This document shows positions 28,401 through 39,600 of a DNA stretch of 64,000 bases, piece by piece. Location of the stretch: assembly GCF_964204865.1 (NCBI RefSeq), contig NC_135259.1:9238001-9302000 (forward strand), written 5' to 3'. The notes below the pieces were generated by a model, which was not told the origin of the DNA, did not search any database, and saw nothing but the letters and a program-made list of their open reading frames with translations. Position numbers and translations under genes: made by a program. The first letter of the stretch is position 1. Every line of letters begins with the position of its first letter. The stretch comes from Styela clava. Its lineage: Eukaryota.

Positions 28401-28969
28401 ATATGTCAGCCACGCATAACCACAACATGATATAAATTCCAGTATATTGATGTTCTCATTTATAAATAAAACATACAGTGTAAAACCCAATGCAAGTAAA
28501 CTTAGTCAGTCTCTAAACAAGATTGTAAATCATACTTGCTTGTGCTTCCGCAATGCAAGTTGAAATCTTGACACATTCAATATCGTTTTCGCTTCTTTGC
28601 ATGTAACCCTCCGGACAAGAGCAGTAATACCCTGTCAAACAAATGAGAGGACAAGGTGCTGGGTACCCGTTCTGCAATGCTTTGAAATAACCTAAATCGA
28701 GACTGTCACATGTACCACCGCAAGGTTCGCAATATTGATTAGTTCTTCCATCAGGACACATAGGTTGACTCTCTGTAAAAAAAATCAAGATGCTGACCAG
28801 TTTGCATTACATATTTTTTGTTAATCTTGTCATATTATTTCGTTTGAGTATGAAATATGTGAAACATGGATGCTCATAACAGACATCGTTGAATTTAATG
28901 ATTTTCCATCAAATACTTACCAGCAGAAACTGAGAGAAAGAAGCAGAATGAAATTAGATAGAAATTCAT
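25493..28969 (-). CDS. Secreted multidomain serine protease inhibitor: signal peptide + 4 TIL domains + C-terminal Kazal domain, ~367 aa
   Basis: Exons 28969-28921 (MNFYLISFCFFLSVSA), 28772-28536, 28314-28108, 27704-27498, 27094-26888 (each a 10-Cys TIL domain in a phase 1-1 exon), 26-nt microexon 26619-26594, 25966-25827 (CNEKEKRGHCTREFDPVC...NKCMHC), 25523-25493 (YRFYKGRCQ*). All phases join. Confidence 0.9.
26646..28456. repeat. Three-copy 610-bp tandem repeat, each unit carrying one TIL exon plus intron
   Basis: aatcattagaacaacaata recurs at 26646, 27256 and 27866; the units are nearly identical. Confidence 0.97.
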
Positions 28970-31413
28970 CGTGTTCGTGAGAAGGCAAACTATTAGTTGT
29001 CCTTGGTTTATGAGAATTGAATAACTGAAATATGCAAAATTAAACATTTTTATTTTAAACATAAATACACTTTTTAAAAATATGATCTCATTGGTTCAAT
29101 TGATATAGAAAAGCATCAAAAGTTCTTGAACCAGTGGTAAAAATTCAGATAGAGCCACCTCGTTGTTTGAAAGTATACCAATGATGCTAAACAAGGATAT
29201 TGCAACATGTCGAATTGGCAGACAAGAGTACACAAGTCTACAAATGCTAACTGCATATAGATGCTTATATAGCTTTCGCACATCATTTCATTCCATAAAA
29301 AATCGTAACTGGTTGACACTTCTAGGAAAAGGCCAGGAAATAAATTCAGAGAAGAAAATTGAATTGTATTCAATAAGCAAAACTAGTCGTCTTTCTTTCT
29401 GACCACTTTAATTTTGAAAGAATAGAAATCGATTCACACGTTCGGGTATTAATAATATAAACCTTTTAAGTACTTCCACAAACTTCTTGGAATTTGGAAC
29501 ACTAATCTCCTGCCCTAAGAAGCGTACAATGGGCTGTCTAAGATACTATAAAGTAACAGGAAATTATAAGGATTTATGTAGTTAAATGGAACAATGGACC
29601 AGCAAATTTCTTACACTTTTTGCAAAACACTTTCAAGAATTAGAATAAAAAAGAGAAATTCTATGAGTTCATTGCGTTGTCATTTTTCTAGGAATATATA
29701 TTCAATGAATGGCTTGTGAAACCCATATTCTTAAAACCGAATCACACGACCGCTTACAATTAACTCAGCTGAAACTAATAGGTGTATAACGCTGCACTTT
29801 TTCAAAGCATGCTCAAGACAACGTCCTGATATTTCAACTGAAGGTGGCCATAGTACTAACGGAAGAGTTACAAAGAGCCAATAGCTCTCGGAAGACACGA
29901 TAAATAAAAGCAATTCAATGCGACACGTTCGCGTAGGGTTTTGTAATTCATCAATTCTAAAATAGCATCACGTTTTAAAACAAGGGCCTGTATATTTTGT
30001 ATTTTTTTTGAAATTCGTTTTGAACAAATCCCTACGTTCGCGTAACTCTTTTCGATCGGGAAATGCAATTTTAAATACGTCCTGTATTTCCAGAAAAATC
30101 AAATTTGACACAACAAGATATAGAGGAAAACATAAATAATATATTATACTGGTTTTTGTTATATTCGGGAGAAAAATGAATGCAATTGCTTGTCAAATTT
30201 TTTACACTTTGAAATAGCTTGAAGAAATTTATTGCCAGTGACGAAAGAACTTTATTTAAAATTTATTCAATTCTGCTCATTAAAAATAATAAACATCAAT
30301 ATAAAGCTGTTGAGGTTTTATATTTCGTTGAATATCACTGCAGCTTGTGGTAATAATATTTGGAATTAAAGTCTAATTAATATATTATAATGACTTTTTG
30401 AACTCAACTCACTTCTTATTGCATGTGCATTGTATAAAATACGAGGAATACGGAGAAAGTAATAGAAGATAGAGGGTATAATAGGAACGGATCAACTTTC
30501 CAATTGTTAAATTATATATATTTCCTATGTCATAAGTTGTAAATTTTCGAAGTATGAACGAGCGTTTGGTAGTATAATTCAAAGAATATATTATAATTTT
30601 ACAAATCCCTTCCGTGGAGTACTATTCCCAGACACTTGGCTGGTAGGTTGGATTCAAAAGGTTTGTATTGAACTGTCTAAAGTCTACCCCACATAACGAA
30701 AAATCGTGTTTCTTCATTAAAATACGGCCTATTGCGCCATATTAAAGTTTTGCTTCCAACCAAACATGTATCCACGGTTGCTGTTGTGTGTGATTGTTCC
30801 ATATTTAACATATTCATGAGTCCACACTCATATATATAATATTTGTTAAGCTTAGGTAATCAAAAAATGAGTCACGTTTTATATAAAGTTATTCTGATTG
30901 TTACCACACTCTACTCTTACTCAAATCTACTCATTACCATTAAACTGTATCGTTGCCGTGAGTGACCATTAATGGATTACAAAGATCAGACACTCCAGGC
31001 CTGCTCATACGACTATAGAAAAGTTGGGGTGAGAAGTAACTCGCGCGTATATTTTACCGCAACCTTAAAAAACGAATAGTACTTCACGTACAAATGTTGC
31101 TCATTTCATTTAAAACAAGCCGTTGTGATAGTACCGAAGAAGCTACGATTAGACTTAAATATACAACGCGAATTTTTAAAATAGGTAATTCGAATTTATA
31201 AAACCGAATGACATTTACGCTTCGCTGAGTGGTACCAGGGGGCACAAAAATAACATTGGTATTTAGATCACATGATATGCACATTGCATGATACACTTAT
31301 TATCGATTGGGAGTTTGGAGCCATTCTCATGTACCACGAAACGTTCTATGCAAAGAGATGCATCTTTTCTGTAGAGCTACTTTATTTATCAAAAAATTAT
31401 CATTACACTGCAA

Positions 31414-32269
31414 CAGTGGTTCTTAAAGTCGCTGGTCGCGGAAGGTATAAAAATGGGTCGCGCCAAGGTCGTCAATGCAAGGGCGATCCAAGAGGAGGTG
31501 GCCAAATATTTGAGCTGGTCCAATGTCTCAATTTATCTTCTTATCTTTGGTATTTAAAAACAATGAAATATACAGAAAGAACTGTCTTGAGTTCATTATT
31601 GCATCAAAATTTATATACCAGTCACGTGTCACGTTGTTTTATGGATGTCAGTAAACTTTCACGTGGCTTGTTGTTGTGTTGACCGTGCGGAATATCATCT
31701 CTTTGAAGCAAAATAACGAAAAATGGATCCCTTCTTTGATAATGTGAATCCTAATAGACAAGGCAAAAAGAAGCTCGCCTGCCAACATCAGCTAATTCAA
31801 GACCTAGACAGAATGTGGCTTTAGTTCGAGGCCCCATCAACGGCGAACAAAGTACAGTGAGCACACGTGATGAGTAAAAATTTGCGAGAGTGACCGAAGG
31901 CCTAGCTAGGATGTCATGTTTGCTACAAACAGCGGTATAGATAGTTGGGAACGAAGAAATAACTTTTCTCCTACCATTCGCAACCGCGTATCTATGCGAG
32001 CAATAATTTTCGCACTGACGGTTATTAAAAATAAAGGCTCGCAATCGAGCCTCGATTCGAGTGCTGACTTCCACATTGAGCTCAGTAAAATAGAGCCGTG
32101 TATGGGAGATTTAATAAATAAAGGACTGTGTCAATGTACTGTTTCTGATAAATCGTTGACTGTATTTGAGTCGCAGAAAAAATACATTTTTGCAAAATTA
32201 AGGATGGGGTCGCGAGTATTCATAAATCTTAGATTTGGGTCGCGATCAAAAAACTGTTAAAAACCACTG
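31414..32269 (+). mobile_element. Non-autonomous hAT (Charlie/Buster-type) element with a transposase C-terminal relic
   Basis: TIR cagtggtt / aaccactg; near-perfect 8-bp TSD cactgcaa (31406-31413) / cactacaa (32270-32277); frameshifted relic PFATAYLCEQ..FALTVIKNK..LSKIEP of the hATC domain. Confidence 0.85.
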
Positions 32270-32375
32270 CACTACAACGAGTCGTATATCTTTCTCATGA
32301 AACACATTACAAGACCCATGCATACTTTCAGTTGGGGGGTGACAGCATAATATTTTTAAATAATGTAGCTTTGTA

Positions 32376-35300
32376 TGTGGTCAATTCATTATTTTTTACA
32401 CCTCTGTCTCAAAAACTACACTTCGAAACAAAAAAGGAAACTGACAAATGTATATATGGTATATTTAATACTTTTATTTTATGTATTAATCATAACATCG
32501 GTCGAAAATACAGCATATATATATATATATGATTCCGAACAATGATATATCTGTTTTTAAATATCTGTGAATGGTCAAAAGCAGCAATGAATAGATGTTA
32601 TTTTACGTGTCCCAAGATACAGACTATAATTGGAGCCCCAATCAAACTTTAATTGCAAGAAACGTACACTATGAGTTGTTCAAAGATCTTTTCTCATAAT
32701 TTTATGAGTCTATTTTTAGTTATTTTTCTGGAGATAAGCATCTCTCTTTATCTGGAGTAAAATGGAATTCGTCACATCGCCTTGTGATGGTGCGTAAAAC
32801 ATTTAAGTTATTTACAACGTCCTTGATAGAAACAAAATCTGGAAAAGAGAAATTAGTGGTAACAAAAATTTGTAATATGAAGTACAATTCATTCTCGAAC
32901 CAACATGATATAAATACCATTATGATAATAAAATATACAATGGCAAATCCAATGCAAGAAAACCTGCTAAATCATACTTGCTTGTGCTTCCGCAATGCAA
33001 TTTGATTCCTAACACATTCAATATCGTTTTTGCTTCTTTGCATGTAACCCTCTGGGCAAGAGCAGTAATGCCCAGCCCTACAAACAAGGGGACCAGCTTC
33101 TTGGTACCCGTACTGCAATAATTTCAAATACCCTGAATCGGGCCTCCTCTCATGTGCCACCGCAAGGTTCGCAATATCGATAAATTTTCCATCAAGACAC
33201 GTAGGCTAAAGTTCTGTAAAATTTAAGATGCTGACAAGTTAGCATTACATATTTTTCGTTAATCTTGTCATATCATTTTATTTGGGAATGAAATATGTAG
33301 ACCATAGGTGCTCATAACATTCGTCGATAGATTTTAATAATTTTCCACTAAATACTTACCAGCAGAAACTGACAGGATTCAACAGAATTAAATTAGATAG
33401 AAATTCATCTTGTCGTTAGAAGGCAAATTATCAGTTGTTCTTTGTTTATGCAAATTGAATAACTGATATATATATATATATGAAATTAAACATTTTCGCT
33501 CTACTTTTACTTTTAGGAAGCACCTATCCTAAATCAGTGGTAAAAATTCAGATATAGCCACCTCGTCGGGTAAACGAAAAAGTATACCAATGCCAGGGCA
33601 ATGATGTTAAACAACAATATTGCGACATGTCAAATTTGGTAGAAAAGAGCACACAAATCTACAAATGCAATCTGCTTATCTTCTTTTCTGACGACTTTTT
33701 ATTCCAAAGAATGTAAATCGATTCACACATTCGGGTATTAAAAATATAAACCTTTTAAGTACTACCACATATTTCTTGGAATTTGGAACACTATACTTCT
33801 GCCCTAAGAAGCGCACAATGAACTAAGCTTAATTTGACCACAGAGTCACAGGAAATTATACTATAAATTAATAGGATTTCCGTAGTTTCGTGGTTCATAG
33901 GCACAATGAACCAGTAAATTGTGTACACTTTCCACAAAACAGTTTCAAGAATTAGAATAAAAAAGGAGAAATACTATGAGTTCATTGCGTTGTAAATTTT
34001 CTAGGAATATATATATAATGAATGGTTTTTGAACCCATATTCTTAAAAATAATTTACTCAACTGAAACTAATAAATGTATAACACTGCCCTATTTATAAA
34101 AAAAAATCCTAAAACCATGTTCTGATATTTCAACTAAATGTGGACTTAGCACTACCGGAAGAGTCACAAATAACTAATAACTTTAAATTAAAGCAATTTA
34201 ATTCAGCACTCTCGCGCAACAGTTTTTGTTCGCAAAGTGCTCTATTTCAAATACTTCCTATATGTCCAGCAAAAGTAAATTTGACACAACAAAATGTATA
34301 GGGAAAACATTGATAATATATATATTTTGGTATATTCAGGAGAAAAATTGAATGCAATCGTTTGTCAAATTTTAGTTATAAGAAATATTTTTTAAGAAAT
34401 TTATGGACAACTGGCGGATGAACTTTATTCAAAACCGATTTTGATTCTGTTTATTAAAAATAATGAATAGAAAAATAAAGCTATTAAGGTTTTATTTTTC
34501 TGTGAATATCAATGCAGCTTCTGTTAATAATATTTAGAATAAAATGTCCAATTGATATATTATAATGACTTTTTGAACTCAACTCACTTCTCATTGTATG
34601 TACATTGTATAAAATACGAGGTATACGTGGAAAGTAATAGGATATAGAAGGTATAAGGGGAGCGGTTCAACTTTCCGACTGTGCATTCAGTTATTATAAT
34701 TATTTTTCCCATGTCATAAGTTGTAAATTTTCGAAGCATGAACGGGCGTCTGGTATAGTATAATTCGATAAATACATAATAATTTTACAAATTCGACTCG
34801 TGGAATACTATTCCTAGATACATGCCATGTGGGTTGGATTCAATAAGTTCGCATTGAACTGTCAAAAATCTAGCAAAAATAACGACAAACCATGTTTCCT
34901 CAATCAAATACGGCCGATTGCGCCGTAATAAAGTTTTGCTTTTAGCCAAATCTGTGTCTACGATTGTTGTCGTGAATGATTGTTCCATATTTAACATATA
35001 CACGAGTTCACACTCATATATTAATTGTTTTGGTTGCCCAATCAAAAAAAATGAGTGACATTTTATATAAATTTATTCTGATTGTTACCACACCCCAAAA
35101 TCTAGTCATCATTATTAAACTGTACCGTTGCCGTGAGTGGCCATTCATGGATTCCAATGAGCACGCACCTTGCCCAGGCCTAGTTGGGCCGCTATAGAAA
35201 AGTTTGGATGGGAAGTAACTGGCGCGTACACCACCTCAAAAAACCGAAACGTACTTCACGTACAAAGGTTGCTTGCTTATCTCATTTAAAACGAGCCGCT

Positions 35301-35452
35301 GTAATAATGGCGAAAGATCTGAAGTTAGATTCAGATATACAACGAGAATATTTAAAAAAAAATCCGAGTTTATAAAACTGAATGACTTTTACGCTTCGAC
35401 GAGTGGTGCCAGGTGGCACACAAAATACAAGTGGTACTTGAATCACATGCAT
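32376..35452. repeat. Diverged tandem segmental duplicate of the TIL-Kazal locus (matches ~25064-25560 and ~28422-31280)
   Basis: Colinear similarity across 3' flank, last exon, first TIL exon, signal exon and ~2.3 kb of upstream DNA; the segment ~25560-28420 is absent from this copy. Confidence 0.9.
32807..33408 (-). pseudogene. Pseudogenised paralogue of the TIL-Kazal inhibitor
   Basis: Signal exon reads ATG AAT TTC TAT CTA ATT TAA (TCA>TAA); the TIL exon has an early TAG and frameshifts but keeps YCSCPEGYMQRSKNDIECV; last-exon relic FCFYQGRCK*; Kazal and repeated TIL exons are missing. Confidence 0.85.
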
Positions 35453-35679
35453 TGGTGTACTTTAGAAATCTGTGAGGGTCAAAAATATTCAAAATTGCTT
35501 CTGTTAAATTGATTTCAGTAATCAAAAAATATAGGATAAATATTTTTTTACCTTTTTGAGTATCGAACCGGTATCAATGTTGTAGCAGGACATTTTCTAT
35601 AATCGGTAATCCGTCTGCCTATAAAATATAATATGATAGATATTAGATAACAAATATACCGATAGCTTGAATTTATAGT

Positions 35680-36659
35680 TGAACTTAAAACGCCTGTCTG
35701 ACGCAAGTCTGCGAAAGCATTCAACAATATGACTCAATTCTCTTGAGGTCAAAAAATGCTCCAATAAATCTGGATTTGATTTAACTTCCATTCATTTATT
35801 TATCGTTATCGTACCTATTTATAGCTTGCAATCGTATAATATTGATTGATTGATTCACAAGGGAATTTTGTATGCGGTCACTTTTATTAACTTCGGATAA
35901 TTCGAACTAATTGATTATTCAAAGTGAGTAAACGCTTTTAAATGTTCCATGGAAACGACGGCGAAAACGTTAATCATTTATTAAAAGTAAATAATGTTCA
36001 ATTTATTTTAGTCTACTGACATCGCATATTCTTGATCTCAACCGCTGTGCTTGGTAAGCTATTTCCTTTGATTAATTTTTGTGATGTAACATGAATTTCA
36101 CATATATATCTTGTAAAGAAGATGAATACATGGTGAATATTGCAACGATAAAGCAATAGGTTTAATTGAGGTTGAAGTATGTACGTTTCTATATGAAAAC
36201 GATCAATACAGCAGGCGGCGCTATTAGACAAGTAATTTCATCTGTACACTTTTCATAAAGCGGTATAGATTATACGCTTGTATTTTATGAGTTAAATTAT
36301 TTATTCTTCTCAATTACAAAAATGTCGCAAAGTTTAGAACTCGAGTGAGCGAATAAGCAGATGGCGCTATTTGCTATTCATTTAAATGTCCATATTGTAC
36401 AAAAATCAGGTCGAAGAAAATTGTGCAAGCTTCTCACAGCGCGGTTGCATTCGTGTTTGAGTTTAAAACGCCTGTCTAAGGCAGGTCTGTCAAAGCAATC
36501 AACAATATGACTCACCTCTCCGTGGTCAAAAACGCTTCAATGCATCTAAATATGATTCTTTTGATTTAAATATTTGTTGTTATCGCACTTATTTCTAGAT
36601 TGTAATCGATTTTACTGATTAATAGAGGGATTTTATATGCGGTCACTTTCATTAACTTC
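35680..36659. repeat. Diverged ~200-bp direct repeat pair (~35680-35894 and ~36458-36659)
   Basis: Shared ttaaaacgcctgtct..caacaatatgactca..ggtcaaaaa..tatgcggtcacttt.attaacttc. Confidence 0.8.
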
Positions 36660-39600
36660 ATCACTGACGTTAGAAGAATTCTCTGAACTAAATATCCAAT
36701 TTAGAATTTAATATTATATAACTCATTCTATTTATTGGTTTATCATTTTTGTCAATCAAATCTCTTCAGGTCATCGGCTCGATCGTTGTCCTCCTCTTTG
36801 GGTGTTGTGGTGAAAAAATGATTGAAGATGGCAAACGGGGAAATTCCAATAGGGAACAATTCGTAAATGACTCAAATGTCAAGCAAACCTCAATCCCTAG
36901 AAATAATAAAACTTTTAACAGGAACTAAATGAAAAATTGTAAAACACGAGTATTTGCTGCATCCGAATCACACGCTAGGGTATCAACTGGAAATGTTTTT
37001 TTTTTTCACAAAACAGCAGCTGAGTGAATTTCGAAAATCCAATTCTTAGCGTTAATCATTGACTACCTTTTATGTATGTTGGTTCACTTATCCGCTGTCC
37101 GGCTACGGCTTTCTGCATCATCAAGTGCATGCATCTGAAAAAATAACTGGCTAACTAATCCCATGCCCGATATTGACTGGAAACCGTACGTGATGTCGTG
37201 GTTCGCCATTTGATGAAGCCGTCTTATCGACTTTCCTGTCCCCGGGGATAATAATACGTAAATCCGATCCTAATTTGTACTATTTTAAAACGACTGGCTG
37301 TTTTCCCCAAATGCTCGTTGCAAACCTAAAGGTCGCGATGCTAATCTGCACCCATGCATTGTTTGACCTTGTATCGATTTTTACGTCGACGTATTTCGAT
37401 GGTTACATAACTAGATGTTACGTTACGTCGTTCATCCATAAATTTCTCCCAAGTGTATGATATGACTAATTCCAGGAATCATTTCGTATTCATGCTATCA
37501 GTGCTCATGTCCAAAAGATTTGGTACTCGAAAACAGCAGATACCTTACCTTGTAGAAAACCGCAGATACCTTGTACAAATTTCCAAATTTTAGAAACCAA
37601 AAAGCTAGTTTCAACTAAACATTGAGGCCACGTGAAAGTGGACGTAAAATTAAGTTGAAGATCAAAAACAGCCGAAAAGTTGAGAAAACGGGTAATATCC
37701 GAATGCGGGCGACGTTCTGTTTTTACAAATATTGAACATGAACACATAGAGTGTTTGATCATTCGAATTAAAATACGAGTCTGGCTCATCTTATTATCAA
37801 TCCTGCAGCGAGTTCTTGAAATTTTTCAATACTCCAGCCAAATATAGGTGAATACTTATCAATATAACATAGCATCAACCAAACTTTCCGATCAAAATTT
37901 TAAACGACCTAAATTTCCGTGTTTACTAAAACACTTTGATGTAGGTTTGATGGGATCTAAATTATATAAGGCATCATATTTATTGCGAGAAAAAACTGGA
38001 ACTATCATCAAAAGTATATTTTTTGTACTTTCAGATAAAAATTCCAAGGGCTTAGAGAAAACATCATAAAAAGCGCAAAAGTGACCATCCGCGAAAGGTA
38101 GTTGGAGTGACCGGAAATATCCTTGTAACTTGAGAAAATAATTTATTTATCTTGCAAATATTTTGGCTATATGTGTTGCAGACATGATATTGCATAGATT
38201 CTTATTGTAAGCAGATAAATTGTAATATTTATATCATATATGTACATTTCATTCTATTTGATCACACTTTTACCAAAAATAAATATTTTCGTTTTTTTTA
38301 CCTCATTCTTTAATGCGTGGAAAAGATTATCTTCACTTTTTACATGCGGACATCAAATATAACCAATCACAAGACGTTGAATTCATATGCGAATGCAACA
38401 TTTCAAGAAGTCAACAAACCCATATATCATTTCTAATTCCAACTCGATATCAATTTAGATCGCGTAATCCCGAGTCTGCGAGTTTGAAATATCAAACTTT
38501 AAAATAGAAGGATAAGCACACCAATTGTTAAGAAGGCATCGACTCCTACGCCGCTAATAAGATACTATTTTTCGTCTCGTCACAAAGACTGCATAATCTA
38601 ACGAAGTTTTCGAAAGTAGAATGAACCTTCAGTTTTATGAATAAATTAAAGCTGTTCAAATAATAAGTCAAGATTAAGATTTATTCAATTAAGTTTAACA
38701 GTAATCAAATTTCGCAAAACTATAATATCCATGCGATCAGCGCAATAAATATCAAACGAAATAAAAATGACCTAGCTTCAAAATGAATAGGTGCAACTAC
38801 TAACAACTATCGAGTAAATGATATTCCTACCTTCTTGATTAAGTCATTTTATGCCTGTGTTTATATTAACTTCATTTATGGCATTATAAAAATAAACAGT
38901 GCAAGATAAATTATTTTGAAAACAATCAAATAAAGTTCATATTCTCTATAGATAATGGTTTCAAATATTCTAATTTGAACGGAGTTACATAGGAAAGAAC
39001 ATAGTAAGAGATCATTTTTCGTTTTAAGAAAAAAACATAACGTAACTCGTAAGTCGTCATCCAAAAACTTGATTCACGATGAGAAAATGAATGGTTTTGC
39101 ATTTTAAGGAATGCATAAAAAGCCAGGAACTTTCGATACACATAAAATACTTGCAAAAATATCGCATGCATACTTAAACTTTCATTTGGAGTATACATTT
39201 TAAATTTGACTCTCTTTCGTTTTCTACAAAGCCTATTGTGTAAAATTCCTTCAATTATTAATATCGTGGAATTTGTTAGCAAAACATGAAGCGTTACTAA
39301 ACTGAAACCACTGCGAACCATGTCACGATATTACCATATATGTGGCAAACTTCCATATTTTAATTGCAATTACCAAGTCAATTCACTGTCATAATTAGCA
39401 ACTGTTTCGTATTTGAGCATACATTTAAAGTTTAATGAATGGGAGAAGTTTATCGGCGTTCACATTTGTTTATCATATCATGAAAATTGGCCTTCAAATT
39501 TAAATGAAGTTTTGATGTTTCTCAAAAATACCTAAGAAAACATAAACAAAGCATAAACTTCGATTGAACTTTTAAATTGGTCATGAATATTATCGTAGTT

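Noticed and set aside
26897-28428. Repeated plus-strand ORFs (MPQCIRPWERK...) and MLWLCVAD ORFs
   Set aside because: Antisense or off-frame shadows of the TIL exon repeats.
26646-28456. Regularly spaced repeats as a CRISPR array or prokaryotic system
   Set aside because: Units are 610-bp exon+intron copies with no unique spacers, no cas genes, and the context is eukaryotic.
26888-28772. Cys-rich domains as vanabins or metallothioneins
   Set aside because: The 10-Cys spacing with CxC and a CxxxC reactive loop fits TIL domains, not vanabin or metallothionein patterns.
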